64,000 nt of DNA, from positions 1-64,000 of the IMG/VR virus record IMGVR_UViG_3300044731_002337, one strand, 5' to 3'. The position numbers were made by a program, and so were the translations under genes. The notes under the pieces were generated by a model. The model saw only the letters and a list, made by a program, of their open reading frames with translations, ran no database searches and had not been told where the DNA came from. This document shows, piece by piece, positions 22,001-30,834 of the stretch (the stretch's first letter is position 1; every line of letters starts with the position of its first letter).

Positions 22001-22060
22001 TATAGTTTCCATGAATATTTCCAAAAACTGTAAATTTCTCCATAATGCTTTTGGGATCAT
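16046..22060 (-). CDS. ~2000-aa DUF3638/DUF3645-like protein (tandem paralogue 2)
   Basis: Colinear with 10034..16027 along its whole length: GHA..SNSG..QLGGTC, QLLMGMGKSSIIMP, IIDEYD, shared C-terminal domain. Confidence 0.75.
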   Translation of the reverse strand: MIPKALWRNLQFLEIFMETIAMNVLRHDLSSLEVYKTNEQTPLLLFVWAHLHYPKKRLPWQISEKEIIKRIDNYKLRLNDSELAHIVAMEELIKPNVGSTTARMAKELIHAMTMRHLHDFGMMGGNEADTDHQMYFHIMLFLLEVLDPNEMKVRELNSSGHAMLLFHDEKNRKWFISNSGSGLQNHATFESMYNVIQEIIPDHEFMSLVRKNTKTISFSRVDDIYEQLNLVSPPPPATTKKYTVYSMSRMIFSYHQDAQCLYASPQLGGTCTFYCNVWLLVYRLLTTSQHGAVKIGLYIEEFLKYMRQHVASPIQVVSTPIASKGYTLQHVLCKENRQCDKTYDKLVLDYHRRIYGHNLTKTDYLIREDPKLGLDQIWDQTNEFETFAWLFHHEDSRLRMGADLRLLMNGLYVKQACHHWQSKSMITDTQFPLVLRFLRYFCTSMAMALSSHQADLFRMLHLTFGSLWHNYITSKVGTVLVTNIISDILRNDVNKEDIIDASVKLQLKLYHDTFATFVIAGKLHQQLGYNNMFIPPLVKNEDIGKLLSQYKASPTTQVTEFSPLLIPVYGDMKFNTKMVSIEFGQVVLLPKEQQDIEMSCVRHHFEYLKFHDIPESNLHLYMGICIAYNVTLQLSNVLIPNLHKQLPLSTLPYYYLALLLCRDDKQYTEEWIMDQFIRLTLPRNKSQEIYLYYLYATRKSSSITLLWQQCSCSSAFRKLHMTSDATSTVEEPLLQLVKNTRTWFYDGDKVEPLNSFFRFPEDPFCKYGYMIRTQKNNVSIVRYRSTTPSIPSHNWYSVTPQQWHLHHPTEGWFTNYSQVISDPLLHWSCHAEAASICLMYHTSHPSRRGLLLYYTNSYCHDSYIHQNETYRSQIHTDPYFGIIEFTSDYTWFKDLSITDIVVLYRILAENHNINANRVYEVASAYDPLMYGGSYMIDYLNKDSPKRILPQDWITYWDTHYIRLFTPRDTVSSFWGRIYPLTPTPAQKDVIEALEKGAAKGPNCVIQLLMGMGKSSIIMPYLLVNYLQNATTLPQLHQQGLYIVVVQPRHLTKDALQKIITFNFIPWVIVRYGITDQLLTRRKSHVVIHVVSDTDLKRLYLKLKPNEFIPDMMIIDEYDSICMPCKSDYNEVVAEQRGYSCNTSLSPKMLHWFQHRLPQIIMTQRYDLLDTEQSEYCDPGQERLFTHWKTCVHTIHHQWIYRVKYGFRHTGPKASLFVVPYIAMDIPHESSEFSSNDVNFIATCMALRHEGHLTREQQRLLKATTHRRLKLRIIQPSDDKNNPLCTYASECLFPQLHYSTIVNNITMVDILRQKHGIVYAFSGTVAIPSSPQLNVTCVTKDQSYSKVIHILESNRHKMRCISPKTNLWADLKHYNVFIDACGYCKDHSQQEIIELLHEHVKCSIVYVNSQHITMVYPENHVYSETRTSNTFDMSKSYFYFFDHTHIVGTDIKHPRKLRILLMTHESLREYQVVQAMYRIRGIDVPTNEHDITFAYESLTPNNSLVTIWRDAQHRDIQTNAKYLDILLLRNDKKIAKKSYQIMHEDCNDQPASMLELEQEKENEKEVENEVEIDTYHVKLTIKRVIRQNHTHIDNQGRINYNASSNEISFGPHTFLSKYCKEFVRENYITWYDLFILEHYPKSIIIHYDELYTLWGKLLPNKHKVFHATGHLIYPTASTKAFHPMIATMLYLSSVTSTHLTEIAKQISVPSEFKNMESLCHMSRPLSHTILFSSNADRKRLFYTISQTSKEYTHKYIYPSSSILKPASPPPPPPAEAPITLPQVAMTMIPPIVSKASPIIINSSSSSSKTEPEPDLTHYYTIPKSRIPKVHRIDGQLVVSPSMQKRIRKYVLECLPEETIRVTTILIHNMSHDLTLTKYNLDQTNVYGYIDEEELVQSRKRRRKVKKLVEKYTDQPITHHMIRTIEHMFSSHSTFTRLTTTMKLAAGLLDDSLQKSFYLVSHHFPNVEDNIKRNMAKFVVTHAKSGCLFSRLSSTMKQKLIKSFLM

Positions 22061-22088
22061 GTTTCTTTTTTTTTCTACTTATTCCGAA

Positions 22089-22784
22089 ATGGTATGGAAA
22101 AAAAAAAGAAATGATTTGAATTCCATTGGAATTATGAATCATAAGTGGAAAGGGTTTGTGGAACAGGAAAGTGTGGAAGTTGAATTGAAAAGTATTCACA
22201 AGAAGTTGGATGAGTATTATAAACATCAAAAAATAGTTCCTCCACGTGAAGTTGTATTTCGTATCTTTGATGATTTGGCTCCACATGATATTCGTGCTGT
22301 AATTATTGGTCAAGATCCATATATCAATCTTGGAGAAGCGGATGGATATAGTTTTAGTGTTCCTGTGGGTATGAAGATTCCACCATCACTACAACGTATT
22401 GGAAAAGTTTTGGGTATCAATTTTGCAACCCGTAAACAAGGTGGATGTTTGGAATCATGGGTGGATCAAGGTGTATTCTTGGTGAATGCTTCGTTAACGA
22501 CATTGCAAGGACAATCCAAGAAGCATACTTTACTCTGGAATAAGTTTTTTGTGGAATTCATGAAATGGATGGCCATTCATACTGAGCATATTGTTTATTT
22601 CTTGTGGGGAAACGATGCCAAGTCATATCAACACTTGATTAACAAGGATAACAATTTGGTTCTTACTTCACGTCATCCATCACCATTGGCTGGAAATGGC
22701 TTTGAAAGGGACGCTAAATTTCATTTCCAAGATGCGAATGCCTATTTGCTCAAGCATAACAAAGACCCTATTGATTGGGTTTAG
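22089..22784 (+). CDS. ung: Uracil-DNA glycosylase (family 1)
   Basis: GQDPY catalytic motif, FSVP, GVFLVNASLT, SRHPSPL; start moved to an ATG (22089, or 22134) that does not overlap the upstream gene. Confidence 0.95.
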   Translation: MVWKKKRNDLNSIGIMNHKWKGFVEQESVEVELKSIHKKLDEYYKHQKIVPPREVVFRIFDDLAPHDIRAVIIGQDPYINLGEADGYSFSVPVGMKIPPSLQRIGKVLGINFATRKQGGCLESWVDQGVFLVNASLTTLQGQSKKHTLLWNKFFVEFMKWMAIHTEHIVYFLWGNDAKSYQHLINKDNNLVLTSRHPSPLAGNGFERDAKFHFQDANAYLLKHNKDPIDWV

Positions 22785-22837
22785 AAAAAAACATTTTTAC
22801 TCAAGTACACATTAATAAAAAAAAAGAAAGAAAAAAC

Positions 22838-23380
22838 ATGCAAGTGATACCGTCATCTCATGTGACATATGATATTTTGGAGGAATGTGCAACTTTATTT
22901 TCTACCCAATATGGGGTATGGAGGATATCACAAAAACCAGTAACTATTATCCCAGATCGATTACGAAAAGATTTTCTTCATTCTCCAACGTCAGGTATTG
23001 CATTGATGCCCCATGTAGGCCATGCATGTTTTGTGATTGTACAAGATTTATGTTGGATAACTCAACTAGTAGTTCGAAAAGAGTATCGTAGAAAAGGTTA
23101 TGCAACATCATTAATTAAGGCGATTGCAACAACTTATGCTTGTTCCATGTTTGGTATTGTTTCTTCTAATCCATATTCACTAAGGGCATTACAGAAAGCT
23201 ATACCTGGCTCTACTCCTCAAGTTTGTACCATGGAGATGTTGAAAGCGAGTGGTATACCTTATTTGATGGATGCAACTGATTTGTCATCAACTCAAGTGA
23301 ATACTCATTTTGATATTCAACATCCAACCGATCAATTACCTAATGGCTATGAATATATCCTTGTAGTAAAAAAAACATGA
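22838..23380 (+). CDS. GNAT-family acetyltransferase
   Basis: Acetyl-CoA motif A ITQLVVRKEYRRKGYATSLIK. Confidence 0.8.
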   Translation: MQVIPSSHVTYDILEECATLFSTQYGVWRISQKPVTIIPDRLRKDFLHSPTSGIALMPHVGHACFVIVQDLCWITQLVVRKEYRRKGYATSLIKAIATTYACSMFGIVSSNPYSLRALQKAIPGSTPQVCTMEMLKASGIPYLMDATDLSSTQVNTHFDIQHPTDQLPNGYEYILVVKKT

Positions 23381-23398
23381 AATAAAAAAAAAAAAGGT

Positions 23399-23924
23399 TT
23401 ATTCTTGATCGTCTTCCTCTTCTTCTTCCTCCTCCTCTTCTCCTACTTCGAGTGGAGTTAACAGTCGTGTAAGAAATTGTTGGGCATCATGAGCGAGATC
23501 ATTGTTCATGGCCAGATGATGGAATCGAAACAGATTTCGGATAAAGTCTGGGAGATCGTCTACATAGTACATGGACCAATCTCCTGAATCACCACAATGT
23601 TCAATGCTGTTGGGTGGATGAATGAACATTGCATCATTGACAGCGTCCACTCCCACTTGCAACTCGACATGGTCATCAAATCGATCCACATCCAAGTGTC
23701 GTCCATTCACATTGGTAATCACAGTGATATTGGAATTGACCCCCAAACAAATGTCTACAATTCCGCTCACAAATGCCCTTGTATCTACACATAAAAAATA
23801 AAGTTAGGACATGGTTGAGAAAAGGATTTAAAGAAAGCCAACTTGGATCAGCATTCGCGTATTGAGATTCCCATTGTTCCATTTCCGTTTCAGGTAAGTT
23901 GTCGGGGTACTCTTGCATCACCAT
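23399..23924 (-). CDS. Spliced hypothetical protein, complement(join(23399..23784,23843..23924)), 155 aa; paralogue of 40165
   Basis: 58-nt GTTGGC..CTAAC..GTAG intron joins two ORF-track frames; product aligns to 40165 (RAFVSGIVDICLG vs KAFMISVQDICFG; LPxFIRNLFRFH). Confidence 0.6.
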
Positions 23925-23962
23925 TTCTGCTTGTGACTGTATAATTGTTACCCAAATCACGT

Positions 23963-23976
23963 CCGGAAAATCCAAA
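23963..23976 (-). promoter_or_regulatory. Putative promoter motif TTTGGATTTTCCG
   Basis: 39 nt upstream of ATG 23924; an inverted partner at 24018..24030 serves the divergent gene. Confidence 0.6.
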
Positions 23977-24017
23977 AAAAAAAAATGTTTTTCGACAGAA
24001 ATAAATAAACTTTTTTT

Positions 24018-24030
24018 TTTGATTTTCCGC
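24018..24030 (+). promoter_or_regulatory. Putative promoter motif TTTGATTTTCCGC
   Basis: 45 nt upstream of ATG 24075. Confidence 0.6.
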
Positions 24031-24074
24031 GGAATCGGTTTTCATAGCGGTAACAAGACAAGGTATCAGTCTTG

Positions 24075-25023
24075 ATGGCTTCTGAGGAAATGACTGGTTT
24101 GCTTTCTTTACCATGTGATGGAGTTCATCATAAGGAGGATGTGTTACGCAATGTGCCGTCTGACGTGTATTTGGACATGGATGACATTAAGGGGTATATG
24201 GAGGGTGAAACACGTGAGTGGCCGTGCAAGGAATGTCTCTGCGCCATGATTGAGCGATTACATCCGTAAGTAGAGATTATTGGTATGTGTATTCACTTGG
24301 CATGGTTAGGCGTGATGAGAAATATCGAAACATGTTTTTCTATGAGCGTTGGCTTTCTGGGATATTCCATCAGATCAAATTTTTGAATTTTAGTATGAAG
24401 CAAATGTATCAAAGCTTTGTGAACCGTGGAGACATTTACTTGACATACGATGTACGAAAAAAGCTTGCGAATGGAATAGGATCAAAACTCTGTGGTGACA
24501 AGCATGTACCCGAGAAGACGATGCTACTACAACGACTTGATATGCCGCCTGAAGACATTCGTGATGACAACAAGTGCAAGGAATGTCTCGAGTACTTTTT
24601 CAAGGAAAATCTCACGTAAGAATAGTTTTTTTTTTATTTCCTATTGATACCATGATTTATGGTAGATCATGGGCCTTGTTGCAACAGTATTGTGAGGAGG
24701 GTCGATTTGCGATGGCGGTCAAGTTGGTATCGTTTACACCAAGCAATCGATTGAAGCTGAACCAATTTCCAACGAGTGTACTCAATGTTCCACATGAAGC
24801 GATGGCGAATTCTGCTTTTCACCAGATTCGGTGGCTGATCCTTCATGGGAAACATCTTGGTATTCATGATTGTGAGTTTTGCAAGACTGAAGCCAGCATC
24901 AATTATGATCCGGACAATGAGGAGGATGAGGAGGAGGAAGAAGAAGAAGAAGAAAAAAGTTGCCTAGGAAAGAGAAAACATGAAGACGTGTTTCCATGCA
25001 TGGATGTTGTGAGTAATAAATAG
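24075..25023 (+). CDS. Spliced three-exon Cys/His (putative Zn-binding) module protein, join(24075..24265,24310..24615,24666..25023), 284 aa
   Basis: Introns of 44 nt (GTAAGT..TTAG) and 50 nt (GTAAGA..GTAG), both phase 2, restore one frame across three ORF-track fragments. Confidence 0.85.
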
Positions 25024-25047
25024 ATAATAAGAAAACGACTTGCTCTC

Positions 25048-26454
25048 ATGTCTTTTTTTGGTAAGCATTCTCCACTTAGGGTTACATGTTATGATAAACC
25101 AGTACAAATGGAGGATATGGTATCCAAAGAGGATAGTGTATTATTGCAACGTTTTTTTAGTCGATATGGGCAAGAAAGTTTTGAGGAGGAAAGGTTAAGT
25201 TTGGAGCGACTCGATTCGTATTTGGATATTCCATTAGTGCAAGTTGTGTTTACTCCATGTTATGAAGCATTACGCCGGGTAGTAGAGTTGGTGGATGGAG
25301 ATTTTATTCGTGTCATTGGATTAACGCATGGACAGGATAGTAAACAACAACAGCCGCCAGTTGAGGTGGAGGGACAAATGAAATGCTATGAGAAATTGTT
25401 TACAGAAGAGATATTGTTAGAGGCGATTGAAAAGGGAGATATGGATGTTGTGGATTTGGTGTGGAAATTAGGGTACGCGTATGATATCCAAGCATTTTAT
25501 TACACTGCTGTATCACATAAGCACGAAATGATAGCAGAGTATTTACTGGAACATGATGCACCTTTAGATCATGATGTGTTGCTGCATACGATACAAATGG
25601 GGTATCTCAAGTGTGTACAAACCATCTATTTACGAAACTCTAATTTATTTGATGACAAGTGTATGTTGACGGCAGTAACGTATAATCAGATAGCCATGAT
25701 GGATTTTGTGTATCAGATAGTTCCAGAAGTGGATATGGAATGTTTTTCGGTGGCTGTAAAAGAGGGCTTCGTAGAGGTATTGCGAAAATTATGTACCTGG
25801 AAAACTGTGAATGTATATGATATGAGAGACTTACAAAATGAGGCGATCATGTACGGGCATGTACCCATCATTGACTACTTATTGCAATTTGGGTCACATT
25901 TTATGTTACATTCATTAAACGTGGCCGCATGTCATAACGATCTAGATATGGTGCGGTTTATGTATTCTAAAGGAGTTCGACTATATCTTCATACCCATTT
26001 TTTGAGGGATCTCATGTCAAAGCCCAACTGTTTGGATGTATTGAGGGTTATTCATGAAGAGTATCATGAGCCATTAACAGAGGGAGTACTAGATGCGGCA
26101 ATACGATATTCCACGGTCGATGTTGTAAAGTTTGTACATGAAAGTGGTGTACCATTAACCTCATCATTATGGATGGAATTTCTTCAAACGTTTGACAGAG
26201 ATAATACTCATTTTTATGAATATTTGTTTGATAAGGCTTGTCCATGGCCAATTGAACTGTTTGTGGAGAAAGCATGTATCTGTGGTAGGTTATCATTGGT
26301 GAAATTTGCGATCAAACATCAGTGCCCTTATAGTCTGAACACGTGTATTGAACTGTGTAAGCGACATAAACGAAAAAAAGTGCTTGATTTTCTCTTGTCA
26401 TTATGTCCAAATTCAGGGAATATGCTTCGAAAGAGGCTATACCGAACCTGTTAA
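25048..26454 (+). CDS. Ankyrin-repeat protein with shared N-terminal YLDIP domain
   Basis: FGKHSPL..LERLDSYLDIPLV; ankyrin-like helical repeats, CPW; basic C-terminus. Confidence 0.85.
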   Translation: MSFFGKHSPLRVTCYDKPVQMEDMVSKEDSVLLQRFFSRYGQESFEEERLSLERLDSYLDIPLVQVVFTPCYEALRRVVELVDGDFIRVIGLTHGQDSKQQQPPVEVEGQMKCYEKLFTEEILLEAIEKGDMDVVDLVWKLGYAYDIQAFYYTAVSHKHEMIAEYLLEHDAPLDHDVLLHTIQMGYLKCVQTIYLRNSNLFDDKCMLTAVTYNQIAMMDFVYQIVPEVDMECFSVAVKEGFVEVLRKLCTWKTVNVYDMRDLQNEAIMYGHVPIIDYLLQFGSHFMLHSLNVAACHNDLDMVRFMYSKGVRLYLHTHFLRDLMSKPNCLDVLRVIHEEYHEPLTEGVLDAAIRYSTVDVVKFVHESGVPLTSSLWMEFLQTFDRDNTHFYEYLFDKACPWPIELFVEKACICGRLSLVKFAIKHQCPYSLNTCIELCKRHKRKKVLDFLLSLCPNSGNMLRKRLYRTC

Positions 26455-26597
26455 CCTTCTAAACTGCCAGGGGTAATGAGAAATGGTGCAATGCAGAACT
26501 TATTATTCCGTAATAAAATCTGGCGGTCATCATGGATGTCGACATTAGGAGAATCTTCCGATACATAACAACATGCGATGATCTTGAGTGAAAAACT

Positions 26598-27995
26598 ATG
26601 GAGGAGGAAATGTTATCTTATTTTGGAAACTTGTCGCCACTACATATTCAATGTGAAGACGAATCAGTTACACTTTCGGAGTTGATACAGAGTAATGAGG
26701 AAGCATTGTTGAGGGATTTTTTGAAGAATTATCAAACAAAGGATTTCAGTGCATGTAGAGCTGAGTTGGAGCATCTGGATAAGTTTTTGGACATTCCATT
26801 GGTAGAAGCTTATTTTCAACCGAGTCATGTATCTTTGCAGCGTATGGCGACCCATCACTATGGTCACAAAGTCATGCCAACTTGCGGTAACAAAGTCATT
26901 ATCCCGGAAGATTGTTTTACGGAGGACATATTGACAAATGCGATTAAGATGGGGTATGTGGAGTCGGTACAGGCTGTACATGACTATGGTTACGTCTTTG
27001 ATAATGGATTATTTCTGGAATTGGCATTGGAAAAACCTCACGAGTCAGTGGCGACATTTATGATGGGGTGTGATGGAGTTGTAATTTCGGAAAGGGCGGT
27101 AACTTTAGTCATCGAGCATGGTCTAATGCAATGTGTAACTCAATTCCCATTCGACTTTGTGTTTACAAGTGATCATTTTCGCAGTGCTGTGAAGAGTAAT
27201 CAATTGGGCATGATTGATTTCTTTCATCAACGGAACATACCGATAGGAATTCATTTGTATATGTGGATTTGCCCCGATTTACGAACAGTCATTCATATGC
27301 TAGGGTTGGGATATGAAATCAGTATTGGAGATATTGCTCGAAGTGTTCATTTCAAGAAAATAGAATTGTTACGATACATGCATGAAAAGAAGGTGTTCAA
27401 TGTGTTGGTGCATGAGATTTATCAAGCAGCAGTTCACTCTGGAGAGATAGACATTGTGAAATATTTGGTGGACATTGGTGGAACATTTCAGCCGGAGCAT
27501 ATGCGTGATGCGTTAAACTCAAACAATATTGCCATTGTGGAGTTTCTATTGGACCAACATGTGTCAATACCGCAATTAAATGGAATATTTCGGATGAAGC
27601 ATCTAATGCTAAGGTTACTACACTCAAGGGGCTATGTGTTTTCCGAACAAATGTATCAGTTTACTATGCGAGAAGGGACTGTTGAAGCAGTTCAAGTCAT
27701 GGTGGAAAATGGTTATCAGCTGACATCGAAAGTATGGGCTCTTGTGATCTATGGTAATTCGAGGGATATACTTAGGATTCTTCAATTTTTGGTGGATCAA
27801 AAATGTCCTTGGGATCCTGATGTATGTCTATATGCTATTAACAAGCGAGCATTGGATATTTTTCAATTTGTAATTGAACATGGTTGCCCTTATAGCATGG
27901 CAACATGTAAAATCTTAGCCCACGATCATCCCGAAATAATGGTCTACTTATCATCCCTCCAATCACAAAAGTTACGACTTCGCAAACGAAAATAA
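26598..27995 (+). CDS. Ankyrin-repeat protein with shared N-terminal YLDIP domain
   Basis: FGNLSPL..LEHLDKFLDIPLV; KCPWDP, EHGCPY; C-terminal LRLRKRK. Confidence 0.85.
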   Translation: MEEEMLSYFGNLSPLHIQCEDESVTLSELIQSNEEALLRDFLKNYQTKDFSACRAELEHLDKFLDIPLVEAYFQPSHVSLQRMATHHYGHKVMPTCGNKVIIPEDCFTEDILTNAIKMGYVESVQAVHDYGYVFDNGLFLELALEKPHESVATFMMGCDGVVISERAVTLVIEHGLMQCVTQFPFDFVFTSDHFRSAVKSNQLGMIDFFHQRNIPIGIHLYMWICPDLRTVIHMLGLGYEISIGDIARSVHFKKIELLRYMHEKKVFNVLVHEIYQAAVHSGEIDIVKYLVDIGGTFQPEHMRDALNSNNIAIVEFLLDQHVSIPQLNGIFRMKHLMLRLLHSRGYVFSEQMYQFTMREGTVEAVQVMVENGYQLTSKVWALVIYGNSRDILRILQFLVDQKCPWDPDVCLYAINKRALDIFQFVIEHGCPYSMATCKILAHDHPEIMVYLSSLQSQKLRLRKRK

Positions 27996-28005
27996 ATTAG
28001 AAATG

Positions 28006-28019
28006 TTTGGATTTTCTGC
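28006..28019 (+). promoter_or_regulatory. Variant promoter motif TTTGGATTTTCTGC
   Basis: One mismatch to consensus, 37 nt upstream of in-frame ATG 28056. Confidence 0.45.
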
Positions 28020-28055
28020 GTGGATCTATTGGTAATTTTTTGTATTTTGTGGGCA

Positions 28056-28499
28056 ATGTTTTTTCTACTTTCTAATAAGGGATCTTCGTCAAAGCCAAGA
28101 GCAAACCAGGCCAATTTAATTCGTCATGTAAGGTGGAAAGGTTTTGATATGAACAAGACATTGGAGTTATTACCATTTGAAATGAATGGGGAAGTAAGAC
28201 ACAGTATTTTCAAGATTGTGGCATTGGAGAATTGCTCATCGTCACATGTGCATGCCAAGGACATAATACTAGAACGTTTGGGATTATCCATGACACCAGA
28301 ATTGATCATGGAATTTTTGGAAAACAATGCCCATCCATGTGAAGGATGTGTTGAGTACATGATCTTGATGTTACGAGATCCAGAGACATGTTATTCCATT
28401 TTTTTGGAACATGGACATGAAGAGGCGGCTTTACGAACATTACATATCCATCAATGTGATGTAAAGCCTTCCTCATTTGAAAGGATTTTTCAGTCATAA
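28056..28499 (+). CDS. Intronless member of the Cys/His module family
   Basis: CSSSHVHAKDIILERL..PCEGCVEYMILMLRDP aligns with exon modules of 24075 and 44196 genes. Confidence 0.7.
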   Translation: MFFLLSNKGSSSKPRANQANLIRHVRWKGFDMNKTLELLPFEMNGEVRHSIFKIVALENCSSSHVHAKDIILERLGLSMTPELIMEFLENNAHPCEGCVEYMILMLRDPETCYSIFLEHGHEEAALRTLHIHQCDVKPSSFERIFQS

Positions 28500-28506
28500 A
28501 ACATGT

Positions 28507-29373
28507 TTATTTTTCTATGATGAGTGATAATTTAAGTATGGAACGTAGAACATCACGGGTGTATAATGGATGACAAGTAAAAGGGTTTGGTTGACGATTA
28601 AATACGAGAAAGGGTATCCATCCACAATAACTTGAGAAATGACGAATGAAATGAATGGATTCTTGTAGTTTTTCCTTGACTACATTTTCTAATGGGGACA
28701 TAAACTGCAATTAAAGTTGGATAAATAATAAAAATAATAATAATACCATGTTTTCTACATTTTTGAATTCGAGTCTTGGTGAAGCTCCCATAGAGAGAAG
28801 GGTATTGACGTATTTTCGTGACATGGGATCTCTAATCGCTAGTTCAAGTGGCGTTCCATCCAGAGAGGGGCAATTCAAGTCCATGTTCGGTATTTGTAAG
28901 GCGATTGGAACCAATGCATAGAATTTGGAAAAAAGTGCGGTAGTTAACAGGTTATGTCCCTAATGTAACTAAGTTTTGGTTGTTCATCAGTATAAATTTA
29001 CCATGTAGCCTTTGAGATGTGGGTTGGCGTTGTAATGTAGAAGTAGGTGAATGATAGAGAGACGTGTAGTAATAAACTCTGGATATCGACTGGTTAGGTT
29101 GGCAGCAAGTAAAAGTGGAGTTAGTTGTCGAGTATCCTTGGCGTCGACATTTGCATTATGAGATAGTAATTCCGTAACTGTATGGAGATGATTGGTAATG
29201 ACAGCAGCATGTAAAGGTGTTCTTTGAAGGTTTGTGCCAGGAGGTTCAAATATTCCAACATGCATTTGATCATTCCATTGGATACATTGATCATTGGTAA
29301 AATTCACATTGGCACCCAAATGGAGGAAATGGGTGATTGATTCTCCTTTCGCAATGTTCAAATATAGATCCAT
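28507..29373 (-). CDS. Spliced ankyrin-repeat protein, complement(join(28507..28704,28747..28959,29002..29373)), 260 aa
   Basis: Two 42-nt phase-0 GT..AG introns; TPLHAA, TPLLLAA, GTPLELA ankyrin motifs; C-terminal HPLYTRDVLRSILKLS. Confidence 0.85.
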
Positions 29374-29418
29374 GACAATATATACAGGTTATTTATGTAA
29401 AGTAGTACATCGGATTAT

Positions 29419-30120
29419 TTATTGTTCATCGAGAATGAGATGACGTTTGTCTGGACCGGGAATAAGTTTGGTAATGTCTGGTGTGTTGGGTGGACATTTA
29501 TTGTCACAGCAGATGAGAAGAGTGGATTTGCGACGAAGATGGTTATGTATACGTTTGACAAAGTCAATACATGACCATTGTTGTTCAGGAGTGAGAGTAG
29601 GTAGAAACCAATAGACTTGTACTTGTCGAGAGTATTCCGCAAATTGTGTGGCACCATGTTCAAGCTGACTATCGTTAACTTTGGTAAGGGAAATAGTTAG
29701 GTGATGAACGTGAATGTATTTCATCATGGTGATAAATCGTATCCACTGTATGGTTCGATCCCAAGAAAGGTACCAAATACCAGGCGTTGGCTCTCGTATC
29801 AGGGTCATGAACTGCTGTTGCCATGGTTGGGGTTTCTCAATGTAGCCCGCCAAATCATGGAAACAATACATGGGCATATTAGGACTTGTATAAGGGCCTT
29901 CAATACATATCTTTTGAGTAGTGAGCGGCATAAAGTAACGACATGCATATTCGTCTGTACGTCTAGTATTCCATGATAGATTATGACGTGTTCCAGCATA
30001 GACAACTCGAATATCATTTGCTTCCACTTGATATATCCACATCGCTGTGTTTGACTCCAACCATTGCCGTATCATCTTATGAGACGAATCCTTGTGAAGA
30101 TGACAAGTATAATAATACAT
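29419..30120 (-). CDS. Hypothetical protein resembling a degenerate CRESS-virus (nano-like) Rep
   Basis: Ordered similarity: YYYTCH (motif I), WLESNTAMWIYQVE, IEGPYT, PWQQQF, LLICCDNKCP; HUH, catalytic YxxK and Walker A not intact. Confidence 0.45.
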   Translation of the reverse strand: MYYYTCHLHKDSSHKMIRQWLESNTAMWIYQVEANDIRVVYAGTRHNLSWNTRRTDEYACRYFMPLTTQKICIEGPYTSPNMPMYCFHDLAGYIEKPQPWQQQFMTLIREPTPGIWYLSWDRTIQWIRFITMMKYIHVHHLTISLTKVNDSQLEHGATQFAEYSRQVQVYWFLPTLTPEQQWSCIDFVKRIHNHLRRKSTLLICCDNKCPPNTPDITKLIPGPDKRHLILDEQ

Positions 30121-30178
30121 TCTTATGATACAATAATTTGTATGAATGAAAAGTATACAAATCGGATTATTATTATTA

Positions 30179-30811
30179 TTATTTATATGAAGAGAGTTTC
30201 ATAATGGATCGAAGAATATCTCTTGTATACAATGGATGTTCAATCTTTTTGCTCCATATCAATAATGGTATGCATAACTCTTCTGTCATGACTTGTTTCT
30301 GTAGATAAATAAATGAGGATAAATACACACATTAATATATACCATGAGAGCAATAGTGGAATGACAGGAATAATTTTGAGCAACATCTAAAGGGGTTTTG
30401 TGCTGTATTAAAACCAAAAAGAAAAGAAAGATTATGGGATGATGAGGTGACAATGTTACATTATGTGGGGTGGTTGAAAATGGGTTGGCTTTGTAATGTA
30501 GGAGACGTTTGATGATGTCGATGTGACCCATACTGCATGCATCATGTAATACGGTATATCCATCCATATAGCTGGAATGAACATTCGCCTTGTGTTCAAG
30601 TAATATGTCGACGCAAAGTACAGAGTTATACCGAACAGCTACTCGTAACGAACCATCATCTGGCTGAAATGATTTTGTAATGATTTATTTTTATTCAATA
30701 TGAATGTACCTTGATTCCTTGGTTAAGTAGAGCAAATAGAGTATATATATTATTGGTGCGTGCAGCATAGTGCAATAATGTTTCTCCTGGTTGTTGTTGT
30801 TGTTGGTTCAT
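30179..30811 (-). CDS. Spliced ankyrin-repeat protein, complement(join(30179..30298,30343..30402,30460..30663,30710..30811)), 161 aa
   Basis: Three phase-0 introns of 46, 57 and 44 nt; GETLLHYAA, GYTVLHDAC, KTPLDVA; C-terminal HPLYTRDILRSIMKLS shared with 28507 gene. Confidence 0.85.
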
Positions 30812-30834
30812 TTTTTGGGAAAGAAAAGAGTTAT

